This document shows positions 51,715-60,491 of a DNA stretch of 64,000 nt, in pieces. Every line of letters starts with the position of its first letter. Positions within the stretch are counted from its first letter, which is position 1. Both the position numbers and the translations under genes were made by a program. Origin of the DNA: an uncultured Bifidobacteriaceae bacterium (lineage in GTDB: Bacteria > Verrucomicrobiota > Verrucomicrobiia > Limisphaerales > UBA11358). The notes under the pieces were generated by a model that saw nothing but the letters and a program-made list of their open reading frames with translations, did not search any database and was not told the DNA's origin. The stretch lies in assembly GCA_964655855.1 (NCBI GenBank), contig CAZZPE010000007.1:12341-76340 (forward strand), read 5' to 3'.

Positions 51715-52200
51715 ATGAGGAAAATTATGCAATCAACACCTGTTCAATTTTTCCTGCGGTCAGCAGGTATATTGCTGTTGATTACAGCGTTCGCAAAGTT
51801 GGGAAGTAGTTTTGGCAGCGCTAAATACTTGGAGAGTTTAGATCCTTTGCTGTCAATTTCATTTCGACACCTTTTTAGGATTGTCGGAATGGTCGAGTTG
51901 GGCGTTGCGTTCATATGTTTTTTTGGAAAGCCGACAAGCATGAGAGCCTCTTTTGTGGCGTGGCTGGCTACAGCCTTTGCTCTGTATCGCTTTGGATTGT
52001 GGTGGATTGATTATCACAAACCATGTAGTTGTTTGGGAAATCTAACAGACGCTATCCATCTATCACCAGAAGCTGCAGACGCAGTTATGAAAATAATTTT
52101 GGCGTATCTGCTCATCGGCAGCTATGTAACCCTCTTCTGGCGCTGGCGGCAGCGCAGGCAATTGGCATCTGGCATTTCGGAGGTGGGAGCTAGTAGTTAG
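51715..52200 (+). CDS. MauE/DoxX-like redox-associated membrane protein (copy 1)
   Basis: Four hydrophobic segments and a HKPCSCLGN motif (MauE-like CxC). Paralog of 55502..56110. The family call is from a remembered pattern. Confidence 0.5.
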   Translation: MRKIMQSTPVQFFLRSAGILLLITAFAKLGSSFGSAKYLESLDPLLSISFRHLFRIVGMVELGVAFICFFGKPTSMRASFVAWLATAFALYRFGLWWIDYHKPCSCLGNLTDAIHLSPEAADAVMKIILAYLLIGSYVTLFWRWRQRRQLASGISEVGASS

Positions 52201-53724
52201 ATGCCGGTCTTTTGTGCTATGAATTGGCGTGGCGGCATCATTCAAATTGGCGGCCAGCGCGAGTCGGCTCTTGTTTCAATGAACTTATATTTGAGTCGGC
52301 TCAAGACGGGCGTGTTACGAACTGGAAGGTTTTTTCAGCTAATACAAGTTGCGTTGCCATTGGCAATCGTTGTCGTTTGTTTGTTTGGATATATGTTGGA
52401 TCGCTATTGTGGCATTTTTCGCGATTTGGAATCGGTGTTGCCATCGGTTCAATGGATGCTGTTGGTTTGCCTCGCTGCCTGGTGCGGCACGTTTCTTTTT
52501 CTGACGTTCAACCTGAATGATCTGTTACTGATTGCACTGCTTGTCATCGCGGTGGCCGCGTTTTTCATCGGCTATGCAGTATCTCAACCGGCGATGGATG
52601 CCATCATTCTTTTGGCGGGCGTGACGTTGGGAAAGGGGGTGCGCTTCGCTCTGATGGAAGATGGAAGATGGAAGATAAAAGATGGGGCGGAGAAAGAAGT
52701 CAGAAGTCAAAAGTCAGCAGTCAGATTATTTCTAATTGGGTTGGTTGCTTTGCTGGCGTTTGCGTCATGGTGGCATTTGGATGTGGCGCAACACTTTTAT
52801 CCCGCCGGTGTGCGCTGGACCGGGCTTTGGGATAATCCAAATATTTACGGAATGTTGATGGGAGCGGGGGTGATGCTCGCAATAGGGTTGATTGCAGCAA
52901 AGCAAAAAGCAGAAAGCGGAAAGCTGAAACTATTGCGCTCTTTGCGCTCTTTTGTGGCTATCAAATCCGCAATCCGCAATCCGCAATCCGCAATTCTCTT
53001 CATTGCGGTTTTGATGATGGGGGTGGGATTGTTGTTCAGTTACAGCCGGGGTGCATGGGTGGGGACGGCGGTTGGTTTGCTTTATCTGGCAAAGGTGCAT
53101 GGCAGGTTCAAATGGCGGTCTCTGAAAGTATTTCTGCTTTCTGCTTTCTGTTTTTTGGTTTTGATCTTTGGCGTTTGCTTTTTCTGGAATTCCACATCGG
53201 ACACAGGCCCGTGGTATCTCAAGCGCATGGATTTAAGCCGCGCATCGGCGCAACACCGGGTGTCCGCTTGGCGCGGCGCGGTTCAAATGATGCGGGATCA
53301 TCCGTTTGGCGTCGGCTGGAACAAGGCGGTTGAAACTTACGACAAGAATTATTCGCCGCCAGAAGACGGCGCGGCAGCGATTACCACGAATGATTATTTG
53401 ATGCTGGGAACGCAATTAGGGTTTCCGGGGTTGGTTTGTTTCGTCACTTACGTTGCGCTGTGCTTTCGCAAGTGCGGAGCGCTGAGTGCGGAGTGCGGAA
53501 TTAAAGAACTCCGAACTCCGAACTCCGAATTCCGAATTAAGACGGCTTGTCGCGCCGGTGCTTTAACCATGCTGGTGGCGTTTTGGTTTGATGGAGGATT
53601 GTTCAAGCTGGCAACGGCAGCGGTGTTCTGGATTTTGCTGGAATTGGGAACGGAAATTCAAAAACAGCCCGCCTTCACCTTGTTTCGGCGCGGTTGCGCC
53701 GAAGCTACAACGACAGCGGAATAG
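52201..53724 (+). CDS. O-antigen ligase / Wzy_C family polytopic membrane protein
   Basis: FSYSRGAWVGTAVGLLYL and HRVSAWRGAVQMMRDHPFGVGWN motifs. Its loops are encoded by tandem heptamer repeats. The start is uncertain. Confidence 0.7.
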   Translation: MPVFCAMNWRGGIIQIGGQRESALVSMNLYLSRLKTGVLRTGRFFQLIQVALPLAIVVVCLFGYMLDRYCGIFRDLESVLPSVQWMLLVCLAAWCGTFLFLTFNLNDLLLIALLVIAVAAFFIGYAVSQPAMDAIILLAGVTLGKGVRFALMEDGRWKIKDGAEKEVRSQKSAVRLFLIGLVALLAFASWWHLDVAQHFYPAGVRWTGLWDNPNIYGMLMGAGVMLAIGLIAAKQKAESGKLKLLRSLRSFVAIKSAIRNPQSAILFIAVLMMGVGLLFSYSRGAWVGTAVGLLYLAKVHGRFKWRSLKVFLLSAFCFLVLIFGVCFFWNSTSDTGPWYLKRMDLSRASAQHRVSAWRGAVQMMRDHPFGVGWNKAVETYDKNYSPPEDGAAAITTNDYLMLGTQLGFPGLVCFVTYVALCFRKCGALSAECGIKELRTPNSEFRIKTACRAGALTMLVAFWFDGGLFKLATAAVFWILLELGTEIQKQPAFTLFRRGCAEATTTAE

Positions 53725-53731
53725 CGGAGAA

Positions 53732-55489
53732 ATGAACATGAACACTGGACAAAAAATAGATCGTTACCTTCGGCTCTTTCCGGGCATTTGGATTGTTCTC
53801 AGTGTCATGGTTTTCCTGACGGCGCGCATCGTATGGTGCCGACCTCATTCGCCACACCATATCCAACAACTGGCAAAAGACTTCTCGTCAATTGATGCGT
53901 TTCGGGATCCTCCGGTTGTCAATCACGCCGGAACTTTGATTGGAATGGTTCACAATACCCCGCAGGGAATGGGCGTCTTTATTGCAAACATTCCAGCCAA
54001 AACGGAACAAACAATATGCGAGGCAAAAGAAGCGGATGTAGTTGGCGATCCCCATGTGTTCGGATGGTCGTCCGATGACAGCACTTTTGCTTATCGGTGG
54101 AACATTAACTTGCATTTTGTGAACACCAATGCAGTGGAATGTCCCGGTGCAATACCAACCCCTTATCTCAAGTCGTTCACATGGTTGTCGCCGGACAGTT
54201 GTGCCTACATTGACAGCAGCACAAACGCTGACAGTGATACACAGTTAGCAATTGCCAAACAGATTAATGGAAGATGGCAGGAAACCGCCTCGTGGCCGCT
54301 GACGGCAACCAATGGAACGCCGCGCTCGCTGCTCGCAATGGGGTCTAATGCGGTTGTCTGGTATGCAGGCAATTCAATCTGGCGAATGGACCTTTCAACG
54401 GGTGAAATCAAGCCCTTGTATTCAACTCCACCCAAATGCGCAATCAGCAGCCTTTCCTACTCGAAGGACACCGGACAATTCCTGTTTATTGAGACCACAA
54501 ATCGCGCCCGCACGGTCTCACTGTTCGCCTTTTCAAACGGCTCAAAGGTTTTGAAAAGAACCGGCAAAACACTTATAAGCGATGCCCAATGGATCAACAA
54601 AGGGAAAGGATACGCGTATTTGATTCCCGCCGGGGATAATGCATCACTGTTCATTCAGGCCGGGGATGGCCAAGTGAAAAGAACGTTTTTTTCCGATGGC
54701 CAAATCGCTGGAATATTTTGCGACGGGGAAAGTCCGAACGTGTATGCTCTCGCGTCCTATACAAATGAGGCGCCAAGCATTTGGCTATGCAATACGGCAT
54801 CCGGAGATGCCCAGTGCTTGCTTTCTCCGTGGGGCTTTGCGGCTTTCCCAGTTTGTTTTCAACCGGCATTGGTTGATTACGCTCCAATGCCTGACAAACA
54901 CGAGGAAAGATTCGTTCTGATTCCTCCCGCGAATTTTTCGCGTCATAAGAAATATCCGCTGGTCATCGGTATGCAAGGATATGATTGGATGAATGTTGCC
55001 CACGCAACCTATTCACAAGCAATTGCAAATCGTGGCGCTTTCGTGGCTTTGACCGGTTATCATTTTACGCGAGAGACGCCCGAAGCCCTGATAGCTTATA
55101 CCAACAATGTCCTGGCAGTCTATAATCAACTGGCGAAAAATCCAAATGTGGACACCAACCGGGTCTATCTTTTTGCGTTCAGTTTAAGCACCATCGTTGT
55201 TAACCATTTGATTGACGACTACCCGCGCCGATGGCGTGGTGTCATGCTATTTGGCCCAACGGCCGGCCTGCCGACACCAAAAGCGGGACGGTTCCCTCCC
55301 ATATTGGTAACCGCTGGCTCGGATGAAGAGTGGTTATGGAAACAATTCCCGGCTTATCAGGAAAAACTGGCACAGGCCGGAATCTCCATGGAATGGTTCG
55401 TTCATTCCGATGAGGGTCATATAGAGCGGTCTCAAAACACCATGTATCAGCGGACATTGTTGATGGGGAAAATGATTTTTGGCGATTGA
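53732..55489 (+). CDS. Membrane-anchored beta-propeller plus alpha/beta-hydrolase (S9 prolyl-oligopeptidase-like) protein
   Basis: ATG at 53732 after ggaga. N-terminal anchor GIWIVLSVMVFLTARIVW. C-terminus YPLVIGMQGY, LFAFSLST (nucleophile-elbow-like, not canonical GxSxG), GSDEEW, SDEGHI. Confidence 0.55.
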   Translation: MNMNTGQKIDRYLRLFPGIWIVLSVMVFLTARIVWCRPHSPHHIQQLAKDFSSIDAFRDPPVVNHAGTLIGMVHNTPQGMGVFIANIPAKTEQTICEAKEADVVGDPHVFGWSSDDSTFAYRWNINLHFVNTNAVECPGAIPTPYLKSFTWLSPDSCAYIDSSTNADSDTQLAIAKQINGRWQETASWPLTATNGTPRSLLAMGSNAVVWYAGNSIWRMDLSTGEIKPLYSTPPKCAISSLSYSKDTGQFLFIETTNRARTVSLFAFSNGSKVLKRTGKTLISDAQWINKGKGYAYLIPAGDNASLFIQAGDGQVKRTFFSDGQIAGIFCDGESPNVYALASYTNEAPSIWLCNTASGDAQCLLSPWGFAAFPVCFQPALVDYAPMPDKHEERFVLIPPANFSRHKKYPLVIGMQGYDWMNVAHATYSQAIANRGAFVALTGYHFTRETPEALIAYTNNVLAVYNQLAKNPNVDTNRVYLFAFSLSTIVVNHLIDDYPRRWRGVMLFGPTAGLPTPKAGRFPPILVTAGSDEEWLWKQFPAYQEKLAQAGISMEWFVHSDEGHIERSQNTMYQRTLLMGKMIFGD

Positions 55490-55501
55490 CACACCTCTAA
55501 C

Positions 55502-56110
55502 ATGACAACTACCCCCATTGCCATTCCGAAGGTCAAGGCCATAAACGGCGCGGCGCTATTCAGCATGTCGCGCGCCAGCTTGTTCGTGCTTTTAGCCGGG
55601 ACAATTCTCACATTTACCGGGATGGGTGCAATTTCCGGCGGTCTAGCCAAAGATCAACTGCTGGATTTGGCTGACCCTATTTTTAGCCTTTCGTTTCGAG
55701 GCCTGATGCTGGCTTTCGGAACAGCAGAAATGCTTGCCGCCTTTCTTTGCCTGTTCACGGACATGAGAACATTGAGTTTGGGGCTTGTCGCCTGGCTATC
55801 CGGCAATTTTATGGTTTATCGAATTGGATTGTGGAGCATGGGCTGGCACCATTCTTGTGGCTTCCTGATTGATCCGCTCGGGCTTTCATTGACAACCACC
55901 GATATCATCTTCAGTGTGTCTTCGACTTTTCTGCTTGTCGGCAGCGTTGCCACGCTTTGGCATGAGCGCCGGACGCTTCAAGCGGTAACATTTCTCAAAA
56001 TATCCTGCATTTCATGCGGCGGACACATTGAATTTCCCACCGCAGCCGTCGGGCAAAAAATCCAATGCCCGCACTGCGCAAAAAACATCACGCTGTTGAG
56101 TCCGGCTTGA
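55502..56110 (+). CDS. MauE/DoxX-like membrane protein (copy 2) with a C-terminal zinc ribbon
   Basis: Homologous to 51715..52200 (ADPIFSLSFRGL, YRIGLW, HHSCGFL), plus CISCGGHIEF...CPHCAKN. Confidence 0.5.
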   Translation: MTTTPIAIPKVKAINGAALFSMSRASLFVLLAGTILTFTGMGAISGGLAKDQLLDLADPIFSLSFRGLMLAFGTAEMLAAFLCLFTDMRTLSLGLVAWLSGNFMVYRIGLWSMGWHHSCGFLIDPLGLSLTTTDIIFSVSSTFLLVGSVATLWHERRTLQAVTFLKISCISCGGHIEFPTAAVGQKIQCPHCAKNITLLSPA

Positions 56111-56205
56111 AACATCCCTGCCTTAATTTCGGGGGCCGTGAATTTTTTGTGGCGCGAAGACAGTAAATCGTGAATCGTAAGCCCCGTGCCGATTTATGAA
56201 ATAAC

Positions 56206-56829
56206 ATGACGCCCGCCGCCCACAGGCATCTGGCCAAAAGCGACCCGGTGATGCGGCGGCTCATCCGCGAGCACGGGCCATGCGACCTTGTGCCGGAGAA
56301 GCGCCGTCCGCCATTCCAGTCGCTTGTGCTGGCCGTGGCGCACCAGCAGCTCAATGGCACGGCGGCAAACACGATTCTGACCCGGTTCAAAAAACTTTTC
56401 CCCGGCCGGAAATTCCCGCACCCGGAGGATTTGGCGAAGGTGACGGACGCGCAAATCCGCGCGTGCGGGTTTTCGTTCGCCAAGATCAAATCCATCCGCG
56501 ACATCGCGGAAAAAACGCTGTCCGGCGTTGTGCCGTCGTCACGGCGGATTGTAAAATTGAGCGATGACGAAATTGTCGCGCGGCTGACGGAGGTTTGCGG
56601 CGTGGGGCGCTGGACGGTGGAGATGCTGCTGATTTTCCAGCTTGGCCGGCCTGATGTTTTGCCGGCGGGCGATTTCGGCGTGCGCACCGGTTTTCGCATC
56701 GCCTACAAAAAACGCGGGCTGCCGGATCCGAAGGAGCTGCTCGCGTTCGGCGAAAAATGGAGGCCGCACCGGACGACCGCCGCGTGGTTTCTCTGGTGCG
56801 CGGCGGACGCGGCGAAGGAAAAGAAGTGA
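56206..56829 (+). CDS. DNA-3-methyladenine glycosylase II (AlkA-like, HhH-GPD)
   Basis: LTEVCGVGRWTVEMLLIFQLGRPDVLPAGDFGVR. Confidence 0.8.
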   Translation: MTPAAHRHLAKSDPVMRRLIREHGPCDLVPEKRRPPFQSLVLAVAHQQLNGTAANTILTRFKKLFPGRKFPHPEDLAKVTDAQIRACGFSFAKIKSIRDIAEKTLSGVVPSSRRIVKLSDDEIVARLTEVCGVGRWTVEMLLIFQLGRPDVLPAGDFGVRTGFRIAYKKRGLPDPKELLAFGEKWRPHRTTAAWFLWCAADAAKEKK

Positions 56830-56892
56830 CTCCGGGGCGCATTTTGGCTACAAAATTCCCTTTGGGCGAAAATTCCCAGAAGCTTTTGGCTT

Positions 56893-57789
56893 ATGAAACA
56901 TTTGTTGTCGTTGGAAAAATTGCCGGTTGCGGACTTTGAAACAATCCTGCGTGACACCGCCGTTTTCAAACGCGAACGCGGCCACCACAAAAAGCAGCCG
57001 CTGGCCGGGCAAACATGGGCGCTGATGTTTTCCAAGCAGTCCACGCGCACGCGGCTGTCGTTCGAGGTCGGCATCCGCGAACTGGGCGGGCAGCCGATGT
57101 TTTTGAGCGCGGCGGACATCCAGTTGGGCCGCGGCGAGCCGATCAAGGACACGGCACGCGTCATGGGCCGGATGGTTCACGGCGCCGTCATCCGCACGTT
57201 CGCGCAGCGCGATGTGGAGCAGTTTGCCGAATTTTCAAAAATCCCGACCATCAACGCGTTGACCGATGACGAGCATCCGTGCCAGATTCTCGCGGACGTT
57301 TTCACGTTTCGGGAACAGCGCGGCTCGATCAAAGGCAAAACCGTCGCGTTCATCGGCGATGGCGCGTGCAATGTGGCGAACTCGTGGATCTGGGCGGCGG
57401 GGAAACTCGGCTTTGAACTGCGCATCGCGTCGCCGAAAAAATTCCAGCCGTCGCCGGAATTGCTGAAGCGCGCCGGTGAAAATGTTTCCGTCACGTCAGA
57501 CATCCAGGCTGCCGCGCGCGGCGCGGATTTGCTCTACACCGACGTGTGGATTTCGATGGGCAAGGAGGCCGAGGCGAAGGAGCGCGTCCAGATTTTGACC
57601 GGTTACCAGATCAACGCCGCGCTCGTGAAGCTGGCCAAACCTGATGCGCTGGTGATGCACTGCCTGCCGGCGTATCGCGGCAAGGAGATTGACGAGGAAA
57701 CTTTGGAAGCCCATGCCGGCACGATTTTCGAGGAGGCGGAAAACCGGCTCCATGTGCAGAAGGCGATCATGAACTGGGCGGTGTCCTGA
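56893..57789 (+). CDS. argF: Ornithine carbamoyltransferase
   Basis: SKQSTRTRLSFE, HPCQILAD and HCLPAYRG motifs. Confidence 0.92.
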   Translation: MKHLLSLEKLPVADFETILRDTAVFKRERGHHKKQPLAGQTWALMFSKQSTRTRLSFEVGIRELGGQPMFLSAADIQLGRGEPIKDTARVMGRMVHGAVIRTFAQRDVEQFAEFSKIPTINALTDDEHPCQILADVFTFREQRGSIKGKTVAFIGDGACNVANSWIWAAGKLGFELRIASPKKFQPSPELLKRAGENVSVTSDIQAAARGADLLYTDVWISMGKEAEAKERVQILTGYQINAALVKLAKPDALVMHCLPAYRGKEIDEETLEAHAGTIFEEAENRLHVQKAIMNWAVS

Positions 57790-57824
57790 ATTGCCACAAA
57801 GGCAAGGGCACGCAGAGGAAAACT

Positions 57825-58655
57825 TCAGGACTCTGTGTCTCTGTGGCCAAACCCAGCCGCATACATCCGCAGATATTTCAGCGCGACCTTAAAATCCTTC
57901 GGCAGCGGCGCGGAAATGACCAGCATTTCGCCGGTGACGGGATGCGGCAGGCTGAATTTCTCCGCGTGCAGCGCGGCGCGCGAAATTAGCGGGCGCTCCT
58001 CGCGGCCGGGCTTGAGCCGGTAGTCGCGTTTCAGACGCGAGAGCCAGAGCGGCTTGCCGCCGTAAAGCCCGTCGCCGGCAATTGGAAATCCCGCGTGGCG
58101 CAGATGGACGCGAATCTGGTGCGTGCGTTCGATGAACGGCAGGCAGCGCAGCAGCGTCCAGCCGGAAAACCGTTCCACCACTTCAAATTGAGTCTTCGAT
58201 TTCTTGCCGTCCGTCGGGTCCACGCACATCAGGCCGGTTTTCAGCGGATGCGGCGAGAGCCTGGCGTCCACCTCGAATTTTTCCTCTTGCGGACTGCCGT
58301 GCGCGAGGACGGTGTATTTTTTGAGCGGTTTGCCGGAGCCGAACAAATCCGCGAGCGCGACAAGCGCCGGTTTGTTTTTTGCCAGCAGCATCACGCCGCT
58401 GGCTTCAAAGTCGGGCCGGTGCGCGTTGCTCAAATAAACCAGATTGCGTTCGCGCGCCCACGGCTTGCCGTCGGCGATGCCGGCGTGCAGCAGCGCCATG
58501 AGGCTGGGCCGCTGCGGGTCGTTGCGGTCGGGTGAGGTCAGCAGGCCGGCAGGCTTGTCGAGCGCGAGCAGGTGCTCGTCCTCGAAAAGGACGGGGATTT
58601 CCCAGAACTCGCGGGTGGCGGGCGAGGACAGCTTGATGGCTCCGGCGGTTTTCAA
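57825..58655 (-). CDS. RluA-family RNA pseudouridine synthase
   Basis: HRPDFEASGVMLLAK and RTHQIRVHL motifs. Confidence 0.8.
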   Translation of the reverse strand: MKTAGAIKLSSPATREFWEIPVLFEDEHLLALDKPAGLLTSPDRNDPQRPSLMALLHAGIADGKPWARERNLVYLSNAHRPDFEASGVMLLAKNKPALVALADLFGSGKPLKKYTVLAHGSPQEEKFEVDARLSPHPLKTGLMCVDPTDGKKSKTQFEVVERFSGWTLLRCLPFIERTHQIRVHLRHAGFPIAGDGLYGGKPLWLSRLKRDYRLKPGREERPLISRAALHAEKFSLPHPVTGEMLVISAPLPKDFKVALKYLRMYAAGFGHRDTES

Positions 58656-58707
58656 TCGTCGTCAGTTTGTTGGTCGCAATCGCCGCCGGATTGATTGCGA
58701 CCGGGAT

Positions 58708-60363
58708 TTATTTTGTGCCGGTGGCGGCTTGCTGTTTGTAAACCGGCGTGTTGCGCAGCTCGCGGCCGGCCTCGGTCTGGACCCACTCGTTGAACGCTTC
58801 GTTTTCCCGCGCGCGCCGCAGGCTGGCGGTAAATTGGGGCAGGTCGGTGCTCACGGCGGCCTGATTCACGGGCGTTCGGGACTGGACATAGACGATGAAG
58901 CCGCCGTCCTCGGTTTCCATGAAAGGGCTGGCGTGGCCGGCCGGGATGCTCGCAACAAGCCGCAGAAACTGGCTCAATTCGACGTGGTCGCCGAGTTCCG
59001 GCAAATCGCGGGTTGCCAGGGAAAACGCCGGCAGCGATTCCGGTTGGAGGCCGGCGGCGATGCAGGCCGCCGCGAAATTGTGTCCGGACATCAGTTGGCC
59101 GGCCAGTGCGGGGGCGAAATTTGTCCCGGCGCGCTGCGCAATCACCGTCGCCTGCATCGTCCGGTAATCCTGCATCACGCGGTCCCGAATCTGGTCAAGC
59201 GGGGGAATTTCGCTGGGCAGTTGCTTGTTGAGCGCAATCACAAAATCAGAGGAGGCGCCGTGGATCGGGCCGGCAAGCGGATCGTCGGGTGTCAGCGCGA
59301 AGGCGGATTTGATGAGCACTTGCAGCGCGGGGGAAGAATCCGGCCCGTAGGCGCTTGAGAACGGCGGCGTGAGCTGCACGGTCAGTCCCTTTTGCTTTGC
59401 GACCGTGGCGAGGTTGTCCGACTGCGCCGGGGTCACGTTGAAAACCGCGGTGGCAAATTCATTCGCCTGCGCCCGTGCGTCGGCCAGCGCGCGCTTGTGG
59501 ATTTCGGCATCCCGAAATTTGGATTTGGCGGCCTCGGGCGTCTTGGCGTCGGGGAAATAATCCGGGCCAAAATATTTGTAATCCGCGTCCACCATCGCGT
59601 TGAGGTTCGACTTGGCCAGTTCCGATTCGGCCTGCGCCAGATAATTCGTGAGGTTGAATTCGACGTAATTGATCCGCACGCGGTCGGGCAGGCGGTAGTA
59701 AGCCATGTTGTTCGAGTAGAATTGCGAGATGACGGCGGGCGTGATCGCGACCTGCGAGACGAAATTCGACGCCGGGAAGAAAACGATTTGCGCGGACACT
59801 TCCTGATGCTCCCGCTGGTAGGCGGCGGCGGCTTCCTGCGGCGTGACGAGGCTGCCGGTCAGTCCCATCGTCTGGATCAATTGCTGGATGACAACGTCAT
59901 CACGGGCAAAACGTTCAAAATCCTCGGCGGTCAGCCCCTTTGGCTGCAACACCTTGCTGACAAAGGTGTCAATCGGGATGGACTGGCCGTTGCGTCCGAG
60001 CGAACGGAGCATTTCGTCCGCCGCCGCCGCCGCCGCCTCGTCGCTGACGGAAACGCCCAAGGCGGCCGCCTTTTTTGTGAGCATCAGGCGGAGATAAATC
60101 TGTTCATCCATGTCCTGGTTCTTGACGGTGCTGTCCGGCCATTCGTTGTTGTGGAACCAGTAAAACAGGTAGAACTCATTGCGGGCGCTGGCGTAATCCT
60201 GCGCCGTGACTTTCTGGCCGTAAAGCGTGCCATAGCCGCCGCCGCCCCCCACGCCGCCATTGCGCGACACCGGGGCGATGTTCCACCCGATAAATGAAAT
60301 AATTGTGAGAGCGGCAATGACCCACCAGAGCCACTTCGAATGTCGGCGAATTGTCCCAATCAT
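58708..60363 (-). CDS. PpiD/SurA-like periplasmic chaperone / peptidyl-prolyl isomerase
   Basis: Likely start MIGTIRRHSKWLWWVIAALTIISFIGW (N-terminal anchor) at 60363. SurA_N-like region follows. Typical PpiD size. Confidence 0.6.
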   Translation of the reverse strand: MIGTIRRHSKWLWWVIAALTIISFIGWNIAPVSRNGGVGGGGGYGTLYGQKVTAQDYASARNEFYLFYWFHNNEWPDSTVKNQDMDEQIYLRLMLTKKAAALGVSVSDEAAAAAADEMLRSLGRNGQSIPIDTFVSKVLQPKGLTAEDFERFARDDVVIQQLIQTMGLTGSLVTPQEAAAAYQREHQEVSAQIVFFPASNFVSQVAITPAVISQFYSNNMAYYRLPDRVRINYVEFNLTNYLAQAESELAKSNLNAMVDADYKYFGPDYFPDAKTPEAAKSKFRDAEIHKRALADARAQANEFATAVFNVTPAQSDNLATVAKQKGLTVQLTPPFSSAYGPDSSPALQVLIKSAFALTPDDPLAGPIHGASSDFVIALNKQLPSEIPPLDQIRDRVMQDYRTMQATVIAQRAGTNFAPALAGQLMSGHNFAAACIAAGLQPESLPAFSLATRDLPELGDHVELSQFLRLVASIPAGHASPFMETEDGGFIVYVQSRTPVNQAAVSTDLPQFTASLRRARENEAFNEWVQTEAGRELRNTPVYKQQAATGTK

Positions 60364-60491
60364 AGTAAAAAAATGGAACGCCAAGAGTAACCAGCCGGCG
60401 GGAACAAGGCAAATGGAATTTCAGGTTCAGAGTTCCGCGTTCAAGGTTCACCGTTGAACCGCAAAAACTTTGAACCTTGAGCCTTGAACCG

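Noticed and set aside
24400-56200. Classical integrative element (integrase, tRNA att site, transposase) bounding either island
   Set aside because: No integrase, recombinase or transposase motifs appear in any frame of the ORF track. No tRNA-like sequence was recognised at the boundaries. The island status therefore rests only on composition by eye and gene content.
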